Below are positions 56,770 to 64,000 of a stretch of DNA of 64,000 nt, one piece after another (position 1 is the stretch's first letter; each line of letters begins with the position of its first letter). Position numbers and translations under genes: made by a program. Under the pieces are notes generated by a model. The model saw nothing but the letters and a program-made list of their open reading frames with translations, did not search any database and was not told the origin of the DNA. Source of the DNA: Escherichia phage fKMPT1; the sequence record PP620640. The stretch is one strand, 5' to 3'.

Positions 56770-58185
56770 ATGAGCGAATTATTTAAACATGCGCACCTTC
56801 ATGCAGGTCGAACTGAAAATGGTGCTGTAAACCATACTTCATCAATGTCTGCTCTTGTAGACTTTTACAAAGCTGCTGGTTCAAGCCGTAGCAATGTAGA
56901 AATCTTACCAGACTTGTTCTACAAAGCTTTGCGTGAGGATGTTGATGTTGCAGTTCGTATTTTGCTTCACATGCGAGATGTACGAGAAGGTATGGGTGAG
57001 CGTAAAGCCTTCAGAACTGTTTTACTTCAAGCAATCGAAGATAAAGTTTTAGAGCCTACACAGGTTCTTCGTATTATGGATAAGATTGCAGAACTTGGTC
57101 GTTTTGATGACTTCAAAATCTTCGTAGGTACTCGTTTTGAGACAGATGCCTTTAAGCATTTAGAAGCAGCATTACTAGACCCTGAGACAGCAGGTTTAGC
57201 AGCTAAGTGGTTACCACGAGTAAAACCACGACACAAACAGTTTGTAAAACGTTTCTGTAAGTTTGCTAACTTGAGTGAGAGAGAGTATCGCACACTGTTA
57301 TCTGTACTGTCTGATACTGTTGAGCAAAAAATCTCTGCTAATGAGTTTGGTAAGATTGACTACAGCAAGATTCCTTCACTCGCTGCTGCACGTTACCAAA
57401 AACTCTTTAACCGTAAAGATGGTGAACGCTACAAAGCTTACATCGAGTCACTCTCAAAAGGTGAGGCTAAGATTAACGCTGGTGCTGTTTACCCATACGA
57501 TGTGATTAAGTCTATCAAGTATGGTAATGCAGATGTTGCTAATGAGCAGTGGAAAGCACTACCAAACTGGATGGCAGAAGGTGAAAACATTTTGTGTATG
57601 ACTGATGTTTCAAGCTCAATGTCTTGGGTGAATCTTGGTTCAATCACTGCTCTTGATATTGGTGTATCTCTTGCCTTGTATGTAGCAGAACGCAACACTG
57701 GTTGCTTTAAGAATGAGTTAATGGTTTACTCAACAAACCCTCACTTCATCGAACTGAGTGGTGATTTACGAAACCGTCATCGTCAGGTAATGCGTCACGT
57801 TGAATATGGTTCAACTAACTTACAAGCAGCTTTTGACCGTATTCTTGAGGTAGGTAAGAGAAACAACTTGACTCAGAAAGATATGCCAAGTAAGCTTATT
57901 ATCTTCTCTGATATGGAGTTTAATCAGGTTGACGGTGCAAATGGTCGTACAAACTTTGAAGCAATTCAGAGTAAGTACAAAAAAGCTGGATACGAAATGC
58001 CACAACTGGTATTCTGGTACTTAGCAAACCGTAATGGTACTTGCGAAGTATCTGTTAAGGATAACGGTGTAGCAATGGTATCAGGGTTCTCTCCAGCCAC
58101 TTTAAAAGCTCTGCTTGGTGGTGAGAAGTTTGACCCAATCAGCGTAATGCTCAAAGCAGTAATGATTGACCGTTACATCTGGTAA
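56770..58185 (+). CDS. vWA-domain protein with helical N-terminal domain (TROVE/Ro60-like or DUF2828-like candidate)
   Basis: 471 aa; helical N-terminus, then MIDAS-like DVSSSM and SDMEF vWA features. Confidence 0.5.
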   Translation: MSELFKHAHLHAGRTENGAVNHTSSMSALVDFYKAAGSSRSNVEILPDLFYKALREDVDVAVRILLHMRDVREGMGERKAFRTVLLQAIEDKVLEPTQVLRIMDKIAELGRFDDFKIFVGTRFETDAFKHLEAALLDPETAGLAAKWLPRVKPRHKQFVKRFCKFANLSEREYRTLLSVLSDTVEQKISANEFGKIDYSKIPSLAAARYQKLFNRKDGERYKAYIESLSKGEAKINAGAVYPYDVIKSIKYGNADVANEQWKALPNWMAEGENILCMTDVSSSMSWVNLGSITALDIGVSLALYVAERNTGCFKNELMVYSTNPHFIELSGDLRNRHRQVMRHVEYGSTNLQAAFDRILEVGKRNNLTQKDMPSKLIIFSDMEFNQVDGANGRTNFEAIQSKYKKAGYEMPQLVFWYLANRNGTCEVSVKDNGVAMVSGFSPATLKALLGGEKFDPISVMLKAVMIDRYIW

Positions 58186-58203
58186 AAAGTTTTAAAAAGG
58201 GTA

Positions 58204-58232
58204 TTGACAATGTGTTTAATACCCTTTAATAT
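58204..58232 (+). promoter_or_regulatory. sigma70-like promoter upstream of tRNA array
   Basis: TTGACA - 17 nt - TAATAT. Confidence 0.5.
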
Positions 58233-58350
58233 GTTCTACATAGAAACGAAATGAGAGCTTTTCTAAGATACTGAAAAATATTTTAAAAAAGTTCTTGACA
58301 ACCACTAAAAAATAATGTTAAAGTGGTTACATAGAGTTTGAAAAGTTTAT

Positions 58351-58427
58351 CTCTGTTTAGCTCAGCTTGGTAGAGCGTTCCGTTTGGGGCGGTAAGGCCG
58401 GAGGTTCAAGTCCTCCAACAGAGACCA
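58351..58427 (+). tRNA. tRNA-Pro (anticodon TGG)
   Basis: hand-folded cloverleaf, GGTTCAAGTCC T-arm, encoded CCA. Confidence 0.7.
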
Positions 58428-58434
58428 AATTAAT

Positions 58435-58512
58435 GTTCCAGTAGACAAAATGGTAAAGTCACCACTCTTTCAAAGTGGATATTTGAGGGTTCAAATCCCT
58501 TCTGGAACGCCA
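58435..58512 (+). tRNA. tRNA-Glu (anticodon TTC)
   Basis: perfect acceptor and anticodon stems, encoded CCA. Confidence 0.7.
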
Positions 58513-58603
58513 GTTTTGACAGAAGACCAATTGCAGCAAACTTAATCTTATTCATCTGACACGAAATCGGACAAAGAAGAGATTTGGTCTGGTCATTAAG
58601 AAT

Positions 58604-58680
58604 TGCGGGTATAGAGAAAGGGCGTCTCACATGTCTCATTAGCATGGTATCGGCAGGTTCGACTCCTGCACCCGCCTCCA
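58604..58680 (+). tRNA. tRNA-Met (anticodon CAT), 1:72 mismatch
   Basis: T-arm and anticodon arm clear; acceptor 5' boundary uncertain. Confidence 0.55.
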
Positions 58681-58763
58681 AATTTACAGAAGACCGTTTA
58701 CAGCAATATTTATTAAATTTTTAGCGGAAAAATTGAAAGATACGGTCTGGTAATACTAAACAT

Positions 58764-58840
58764 GGTTAGGAAGCACATAAGGTATGTGCGGTCGCCTGTT
58801 AAGCGAATGGCACAGGGTTCGAATCCCTGACTAACCGCCA
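58764..58840 (+). tRNA. tRNA-Asn (anticodon GTT)
   Basis: cloverleaf with perfect T-stem, CCA encoded. Confidence 0.65.
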
Positions 58841-58909
58841 AATTTAGGAGAGAAGCGATTGCTCACCGATTTGTAAGGTGCAAGTCCTTAGCCTGAATAG
58901 AAATTAAAT

Positions 58910-58997
58910 GTGTCGTTATCCCGTAGATGGTAGCGGTGGGGACTGTAAATCCCTTGTCATTGAGACTCGGTAGGTTCGACTCCTACACGGCACACCA
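58910..58997 (+). tRNA. tRNA-Tyr (anticodon GTA), long variable arm
   Basis: 88 nt type II structure, anticodon loop CTGTAAA. Confidence 0.7.
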
Positions 58998-59003
58998 AAT
59001 AAA

Positions 59004-59081
59004 GGTTATGTAGTTTAATCTGGTTAAAATACTCCCCTGTCACGGGAGATGATGAGGGTTCGAATCCCTTCGTAACCGCCA
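59004..59081 (+). tRNA. tRNA-Asp (anticodon GTC)
   Basis: anticodon arm ctccc-CTGTCAC-gggag. Confidence 0.7.
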
Positions 59082-59537
59082 AATTATAATAAGTATTTCA
59101 AAATGATGTTTTGAGAGGGCTATTTAGCCCCTCCCTTAAAGAGTTCTTACGAGTATTCTTTAAAGGAGCAGAAGACCAAATTCAGCAAGAACGTATGAAA
59201 TTTCAAGCCAATTTAATTTTGAAAATTTAAAACTTGGTCTGGCTCAACAAATTTACAGAAGACCGTTTACAGCAAAACTTAAACAATCTATTTCTCGGTA
59301 AAGAAAAGGCGAAGGTTCGATTCCTTCACTCGGCAGATGTCGAGTTGGTGTAATGGTAGCACTTAAGATGATAAACAACGGTCTGGTAATTGTCTTTGCA
59401 GTAGCTTATGTGGCTAATTATGTCGTCCCATGAGTGCCGATGAATTTCCTTAGCATGATTCTAGATTAGCTTAATAGGAAATGACTCTACAGACCCTTTA
59501 GCAAGGTCTGCGTAGGTTACTGCAAAGATAATTTAAT

Positions 59538-59613
59538 GGAAGTGTAGCAGAATGGTGATGCGGCAGACTTTTAATCTGACAGGCGATGGGTTCGAATCCC
59601 TCCACTTCTACCA
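59538..59613 (+). tRNA. tRNA-Lys (anticodon TTT)
   Basis: cloverleaf; weak T-stem; paralogous to 60859-60934. Confidence 0.55.
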
Positions 59614-59617
59614 ATAT

Positions 59618-59694
59618 GGTTCAGTCGCAGATAAGGTAATGCAGGGGTTTCATAAGCCCTATGAATGTGGGTTCGATTCCCATCTGAACCTCCA
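59618..59694 (+). tRNA. tRNA-Met/Ile2 (anticodon CAT)
   Basis: perfect acceptor stem, anticodon loop TTCATAA. Confidence 0.65.
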
Positions 59695-59696
59695 AT

Positions 59697-59771
59697 TGTG
59701 GGTTAGCATAAATGGTAATGCAAACGGCTGATAACCGTTAGAAGAGGGTTCGATACCCTCACCTACAACCA
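59697..59771 (+). tRNA. tRNA-Ile (anticodon GAT)
   Basis: anticodon arm aacgg-CTGATAA-ccgtt perfect. Confidence 0.7.
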
Positions 59772-59786
59772 ATTTCAATAAAGTTG

Positions 59787-59815
59787 TTGACATTGAGATG
59801 TGACTACTTTATAGT
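59787..59815 (+). promoter_or_regulatory. sigma70-like promoter inside tRNA region
   Basis: TTGACA - 17 nt - TATAGT. Confidence 0.55.
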
Positions 59816-60109
59816 AACTGAAAATGATTCAGCATATGTATAATTCAAACACCAATACATGAGCGTTAGACGTAACACAATGTGGGGAAATTTGTTGTAC
59901 ATATTCTGAATAGTTTTCGTTGCGTAGCGTCTATTTTGCAAAGTTAAAATAAATGCAAACGACAATGTTTTTCTGGCAGTAGCTTGATAGGCTAAACACC
60001 AGTGAGGTCTTCCAACCCCTCATCAAAGAATTTGGCGTACTAGCCCACGGTATGATTAATAAGGTGGGCATCTTTAAGGGCTTTCTAAGAGAGTCTTTAA
60101 AGATAATTA

Positions 60110-60191
60110 CGGGGCGTATCTCAGCTGTCTTCTAAACAGCCGTTAACCGAGTAAGTGGAGTATGCGGGTTCGAGTCCTGCCGCCTCGACCA
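60110..60191 (+). tRNA. tRNA-like gene, non-canonical (no D-arm; anticodon-like hairpin with TCT)
   Basis: perfect acceptor and T-arm with CCA; internal hairpin gctgt-CTTCTAA-acagc; only 7 nt where D-arm should be. Confidence 0.4.
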
Positions 60192-60334
60192 ATTTAGTTA
60201 GCAGATTACTTAGACGACCTTATCGGGTCTTCCTGTAGGGAGGTGGTCTGTATCTCATGTTTTCCAGAACATGTAAATAATCTGAGAAGGGGCTTTACAG
60301 TGTTGTGAAAATACGGTAAGCTTCGAACTATAAT

Positions 60335-60417
60335 GTGGGACGATGTTAAGACTCTAAGGCATGAGCAACGGCTTCCAACACCGTTTCAAAGGGGTTCAAA
60401 TCCTCCGTCCCATGCCA
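60335..60417 (+). tRNA. tRNA-like gene, isotype undetermined (9-nt loop hairpin containing CCA/TCC)
   Basis: acceptor/T-arm/CCA canonical; internal hairpin aacgg-CTTCCAACA-ccgtt; D region irregular. Confidence 0.4.
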
Positions 60418-60430
60418 AAGTCTTATTAGG

Positions 60431-60518
60431 GGTAGGTAGCGGCTAATGGTAGCCAAACTGTCTTGAAAACAGTTGCCACTGTAGAGATACGGTGAGGGTT
60501 CGACTCCTTTACTTACCG
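60431..60518 (+). tRNA. tRNA-Ser (anticodon TGA), long variable arm; CCA not encoded
   Basis: anticodon arm actgt-CTTGAAA-acagt perfect; 20-nt variable arm. Confidence 0.65.
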
Positions 60519-60773
60519 CCTAATAAGATTTACACCGTCCATGCTCGCTCGCATTTTCGGTTTATCCCTCGTGTTGTCGTACACTTTGATAAAGCACCTA
60601 GTAGGTGTCACGGAGAAGAGATAATATCAAGCTCTCCAAAGGTTCTAGTCACCGGATTAAACAAGACTATGCAAAGACCTATTTAGGTCTTTTTAGAGGG
60701 CTTCTAAGGTTATTACAGCTTGTTGTGGAACCTTGTTGCTTAGGTTCTTAGAAGTTCTCTAAAAAGATTTAAT

Positions 60774-60851
60774 GGGAGATTGACGGTAATTGGTAAACCT
60801 ATCTCGCTTAGAACGAGATGTTTGAGGGTTCGAATCCCTTGTCTCCTACCA
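60774..60851 (+). tRNA. tRNA with Leu anticodon TAG, short variable arm
   Basis: anticodon arm tctcg-CTTAGAA-cgaga perfect; type I length; A73. Confidence 0.55.
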
Positions 60852-60858
60852 AATTAAT

Positions 60859-60934
60859 GCAGGTGTAGCAAAATGGTTATGCGGCTGACTCTTAATCAGT
60901 AAGACGATGGGTTCAATTCCCTCCACCTGTACCA
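60859..60934 (+). tRNA. tRNA-Lys (anticodon CTT)
   Basis: anticodon loop CTCTTAA; encoded CCA. Confidence 0.6.
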
Positions 60935-60940
60935 AACATT

Positions 60941-61016
60941 GGGGTCATAGTTTATATGGTTAAAATTCGAGTTTTGCAAACTTGGGAACTGAGTTCAATT
61001 CTCAGTGACTCCACCA
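60941..61016 (+). tRNA. tRNA-Ala (anticodon TGC)
   Basis: G3:U70 wobble in acceptor stem, anticodon loop TTTGCAA, perfect T-stem. Confidence 0.75.
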
Positions 61017-61022
61017 ATTAGT

Positions 61023-61097
61023 GCATCCATAGTTTAAACGGGAAAATTACAGTCTTCCAAACTGAGGTTGAGGGTTCGATTCCCTCTGGATGCTCCA
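61023..61097 (+). tRNA. tRNA-Gly (anticodon TCC)
   Basis: perfect acceptor stem, U73 discriminator, anticodon loop CTTCCAA. Confidence 0.7.
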
Positions 61098-61103
61098 AAC
61101 AAT

Positions 61104-61180
61104 GCTGCTTTCGTATAATTGGCTATTACACATCCCTTGTAAGGATGGAGATGCGGGTTCAAGTCCTGTGAGCAGCACCA
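61104..61180 (+). tRNA. tRNA-Thr (anticodon TGT)
   Basis: anticodon arm catcc-CTTGTAA-ggatg perfect. Confidence 0.7.
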
Positions 61181-61275
61181 ATTTAGAGGTCAAGTGAAAG
61201 ACCGCTGGTGTCAACTGAAGACCGTAACAAATTCCACGGAGTTGAGTTAGCGGCACAACTTCAGACCTCTTTCAT

Positions 61276-61350
61276 ACTCGCTTAGTTTATATGGTAAAAC
61301 ATCACCCTTACAAGATGAAGAAAAAGGTTCAAGTCCTTTAGTGAGTACCA
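61276..61350 (+). tRNA. tRNA-Val (anticodon TAC)
   Basis: perfect D- and T-stems, anticodon loop CTTACAA. Confidence 0.65.
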
Positions 61351-61351
61351 T

Positions 61352-61429
61352 GTTCCAGTATCCCAATTGGCAGAGGATGCAAGCTCAAACCTTGTACTAG
61401 TGACGGTTCGAATCCGTCTTGGAACACCA
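61352..61429 (+). tRNA. tRNA with Leu anticodon CAA, short variable arm
   Basis: anticodon arm gcaag-CTCAAAC-cttgt; type I length; A73. Confidence 0.55.
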
Positions 61430-61543
61430 ATTTTAGGAGAGCACTATGAGTGATAAGTCAATAGCAAAAAAGTTTAGAGCGTCATACCTAAACAGACGTA
61501 AAAACAAAGATTGTGAAAAACTGTATGGTGTTCTTGTAGGTAA

Positions 61544-61619
61544 GCAGGATTAGTTCAAATGGATAGAGCAGCAGTCTACGAAGCTGTTAATAGGGGTTCG
61601 AATCCCTTATCCTGCGCCA
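61544..61619 (+). tRNA. tRNA-Arg (anticodon ACG)
   Basis: perfect acceptor stem; anticodon loop CTACGAA. Confidence 0.65.
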
Positions 61620-61638
61620 ATTTAAAGAGGCTATTTAG

Positions 61639-62196
61639 ATGAGATATTTGAAGTATGCTTCATGGATTTTCTTAGCTTTGTTAGAGCCATTTGCAGCAAT
61701 CTTAGCAGTTATCTTAGCACCTTTCGTGGTTCCATTCTACAGTGAGAAGAAAGGACATCTACCTTTCGGCTTCAGATGGATGGAGACATACGACAACCCA
61801 ATTGATGGTGATGAAGGTCATGTCGAACGATGGGCTAAGATTAGAAAGATTGGTAAGCTGGGTGTCTACATGCAGAGAGTTGGATGGCTCTGGAGAAACA
61901 AAGCTTATAACTTCTCTTACCATGTATTAGGAAGAGATGTAAAAGATGTTACTAAGTGGAAAGGCAATATCAACGTAAGTTCTAACCCTGAAGATAATCA
62001 GACAGGTTATCTCCTAATGTGGAACAGTAATGCTTGGGGATTATTCGCTTTTATCCCATCAATTAAAGTCTTTGGTAAACAATTCTACTGGAGAATTTAT
62101 ATTGGGTGGAAGCTAAAAAGTGTTGTCCCAGAAGAAAGAGCATTCTCAAGGGAAAGAGTTATGTTGGCATTCTTTATTCATCCACTAAGAAAGTAA
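61639..62196 (+). CDS. membrane protein embedded in tRNA array
   Basis: 185 aa; N-terminal hydrophobic helix, aromatic-rich C-terminus, AAAGAGG RBS. Confidence 0.55.
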   Translation: MRYLKYASWIFLALLEPFAAILAVILAPFVVPFYSEKKGHLPFGFRWMETYDNPIDGDEGHVERWAKIRKIGKLGVYMQRVGWLWRNKAYNFSYHVLGRDVKDVTKWKGNINVSSNPEDNQTGYLLMWNSNAWGLFAFIPSIKVFGKQFYWRIYIGWKLKSVVPEERAFSRERVMLAFFIHPLRK

Positions 62197-62204
62197 AGAT
62201 TTAA

Positions 62205-62280
62205 AGGGGATTAGTTTACAAGGTTAAAACCTCGGTCTTTGAAATCGAAGAAGTTGGTTCAATTCCAACATCCCCCGCCA
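62205..62280 (+). tRNA. tRNA-Gln (anticodon TTG)
   Basis: perfect D-, anticodon and T-stems; 1:72 mismatch. Confidence 0.65.
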
Positions 62281-62282
62281 AT

Positions 62283-62361
62283 GCTCCATTACTCCAATTG
62301 GCAGAGAGGCCAGACTTAAAATCTGTGTTATGTATCGGTTCGAATCCGATATGGAGTACCA
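62283..62361 (+). tRNA. tRNA with Leu anticodon TAA, short variable arm
   Basis: anticodon loop CTTAAAA; perfect T-stem; A73. Confidence 0.55.
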
Positions 62362-62366
62362 AATTT

Positions 62367-62442
62367 AGCGGTATAGCATAACTGGCAATGCAGCAGTCTC
62401 TGAAGCTGTCCTATTAAGGTTCAAATCCTTATGCCGCTGCCA
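62367..62442 (+). tRNA. tRNA-Gln (anticodon CTG)
   Basis: perfect D- and T-stems; anticodon loop CTCTGAA. Confidence 0.65.
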
Positions 62443-62473
62443 CTTCTAAGGGTTCTTACGAGAGTCCTTAAAT

Positions 62474-62549
62474 GTGGCCTTATCATAAACGGTAATGACC
62501 CATGCTGTGAACATGGTCTATACGGGTTCAAATCCCGTAGGTCACCCCA
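62474..62549 (+). tRNA. tRNA-His (anticodon GTG)
   Basis: all four stems near-perfect; C73 discriminator. Confidence 0.75.
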
Positions 62550-62554
62550 ATTTA

Positions 62555-62631
62555 TAGTCCAAGTAGCTTATATGGTTAAAGCGCGTGTCTGAAAAACATG
62601 AGAAGAGGGTTCAAATCCCACTGGACTACCA
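62555..62631 (+). tRNA. tRNA-Phe (anticodon GAA), boundaries approximate
   Basis: anticodon arm cgtgt-CTGAAAA-acatg; acceptor/D junction irregular. Confidence 0.5.
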
Positions 62632-62646
62632 ATTTCAAAGGTGCTT

Positions 62647-63382
62647 AATGAAAGAGATGACAGAACAAGGTAAGGAGATTTTTAATCTCTTAAAAACTGG
62701 TAAAGGGTTTTCTAACCCCCTTATTACTGGTGCAGCAGTTCTCGGTGGAACCGTAGCTGCCTCTACATCACTTGTAAGCTCTATTAGCTCTGTAACAGAC
62801 CCTACAATAAAAGATAAGCTTGTTGCTGCTGGGCTTACAACAGTTCTGCTTAGCAGCTTTACAACGAGTCTGACAAGCACTACAGCAACTACTAAGACCC
62901 TAACAGACTATGGTCAAAAGTCCATTGATGAGTTTTCATCACGTATGCAGGTAGCAAAAGGTTATTCTAATGCTATGGGTGCAGCAGGTGAACAAGTTGG
63001 CTGTACACCATTTAGTGGTATTATGGGTGTTGCTACAGAGTATGGTCAAAAAGCTATGGATACGATTAACAGCGCACTAGATGGCGTTAATGATGTATTA
63101 AGCGACTTACAAGATGCTATTGACAAAGGTCTTGATACTGTTTCTGATTTAGCTAACCAAGCTGTTAGCAAGATTAATGAAGGTATCTCGAAGATTACAG
63201 CTTATGCAGATGAAGTTGTGCAGATGATTGAAGAAGAAGCTGCCCTTATTGCAGAGTACCTTAAAACGAATATCAATGGGTTCTTAGCAGGTATCTTACC
63301 AGACTGGTTTGATGATGCTTGTAAAACTGGTGTGATTGATACTATTGCAACACCAGAAATGAAGAACGCATTACAGAAATAA
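62647..63382 (+). CDS. hypothetical Ser/Thr/Ala-rich protein
   Basis: about 245 aa from ATG after AAAGG; track ORF start 62585 overlaps tRNA-Phe and is unlikely. Confidence 0.5.
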
Positions 63383-63383
63383 C

Positions 63384-63476
63384 GGAAGATTAACCCTAAA
63401 AGGTAAGGGAGCAGTTTGCTAAACTGCCAGTAGCTGAGAAATCGGTGTACCAGTTCAAGTCTGGTATCTTCCTCCA
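63384..63476 (+). tRNA. tRNA-Ser (anticodon GCT), long variable arm
   Basis: 93 nt; anticodon arm gcagt-TTGCTAA-actgc perfect; T-stem perfect; CCA encoded. Confidence 0.7.
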
Positions 63477-63480
63477 ATTT

Positions 63481-63556
63481 GAATCCGTGACAGAAATGGC
63501 TATGTGCCTGTCTGCAAAACAGGTTTATAAGGGTTCGAGTCCCTTCGGATTCTCCA
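63481..63556 (+). tRNA. tRNA-Cys (anticodon GCA)
   Basis: perfect acceptor stem, U73, anticodon arm cctgt-CTGCAAA-acagg. Confidence 0.7.
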
Positions 63557-63778
63557 AGTTATTTTACTCTCTCTCAATTAAAATAATAATAATGCCCTGC
63601 TATAAGTATTCTTCCTTTCGCTACCGAAGAGTATTTTTAGACAGGGCTTTTTTACAGAGTTATACTTTATAAGAAGCCTTATACAGTATGTCTCTGACGT
63701 ACATTGTGGTTTCTCCTTGACGGTCTCTGTGCCGTCTTTTTTAAGGGGAAACAAGATTAATTATTTGGAGAAAACATA

Positions 63779-63979
63779 ATGAGCGAGAACGTTTATAAAG
63801 AACTTTATGAAGCTAACAAGAAGCTAGAATTTATGCAGAATACTATCATGGCAATTGCAGACAGATTATCTGTAGCAACAGGCATTGATATTAAAGAAGC
63901 ATCTATGGATGCACTTCTTGATGCTGTTGATGCAAAGTTCGAAGTTAAGAAAGAAGAGACTGCTACAGACTCTGAATAA
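63779..63979 (+). CDS. hypothetical small acidic protein
   Basis: 66-aa ORF with GGAGAAAA RBS. Confidence 0.5.
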   Translation: MSENVYKELYEANKKLEFMQNTIMAIADRLSVATGIDIKEASMDALLDAVDAKFEVKKEETATDSE

Positions 63980-64000
63980 TTCTATTTGCGGAGGTGCTTA

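Noticed and set aside
58430-58681. Minus-strand 83-aa ORF
   Set aside because: Lies antisense across tRNA-Glu and tRNA-Met; no RBS.
58841-58909. Possible extra tRNA between tRNA-Asn and tRNA-Tyr
   Set aside because: A GGTGCAAGTCC T-loop-like motif is present but no acceptor stem or CCA could be paired; left uncalled.
60492-60686. 64-aa plus-strand ORF in the tRNA array
   Set aside because: No RBS, Arg/Pro-rich low-complexity translation; region more plausibly non-coding RNA ending in a terminator.
63202-63672. ORFs 63202-63477 (minus) and 63445-63672 (plus)
   Set aside because: They overlap tRNA-Ser(GCT) and tRNA-Cys(GCA) and a terminator-like region; likely non-coding.

Overview
This window reads as a slice of a large virulent (lytic) phage genome, about 38% GC, with a T5-like/T4-like gene repertoire; no host chromosomal genes are evident. 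All calls are from reading the sequence and ORF translations by eye; no searches or folding programs were run.

Main content, left to right:
- 0.4-14.4 kb: nucleotide-metabolism and replication genes, mostly on the minus strand (thymidylate synthase, DHFR, ATP-dependent DNA ligase, HNH-AP2 endonuclease, family-A DNA polymerase, dNMP kinase, T7 gp4-like primase-helicase).
- 14.9-27.1 kb: SSB-like protein, 5'-3' exonuclease, aerobic RNR (NrdA/NrdB, glutaredoxin-like) and anaerobic RNR (NrdD/NrdG).
- 27.9-41.5 kb: HNH endonuclease, a duplicated paralog module, a PRPP-synthetase-like + NAMPT-like pair, rIIA-like protein, spanin-like pair, macro-domain protein.
- 41.6-47.6 kb: an iteron-like repeat block followed by an array of 13 small ORFs, each behind one of two conserved hairpin + Shine-Dalgarno leaders.
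- 47.6-49.3 kb: a 1.7 kb ORF-free, repeat-dense region.
- 49.3-55.9 kb: a minus-strand block of small genes including a T4-type lysozyme and an Ig-like repeat protein.
- 58.35-63.56 kb: about 27 tRNA or tRNA-like genes with embedded ORFs and conserved inter-tRNA hairpins.

Most notable observations:
1. The adjacent PRPP-synthetase-like and NAMPT-like genes (30241-32949) match the two-enzyme NARP1-type NAD+ reconstitution (anti-defence) arrangement; a macro-domain protein lies 8 kb downstream.
2. The DNA polymerase is interrupted inside motif B by a 276-nt ORF-less insertion (7510-7785), most simply a small group I intron.
3. The small-ORF array at 41.98-47.6 kb has the architecture of a shuffling-prone accessory cassette region; none of its products is recognisable.
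4. Three compact tRNAs carry leucine anticodons (UAG, CAA, UAA) but lack the long variable arm, and two further tRNA-like genes have no canonical D-arm.

tRNA coordinates and isotypes are hand-derived and may be off by a few nucleotides. Obvious antisense ORFs in the six-frame track are treated as spurious.
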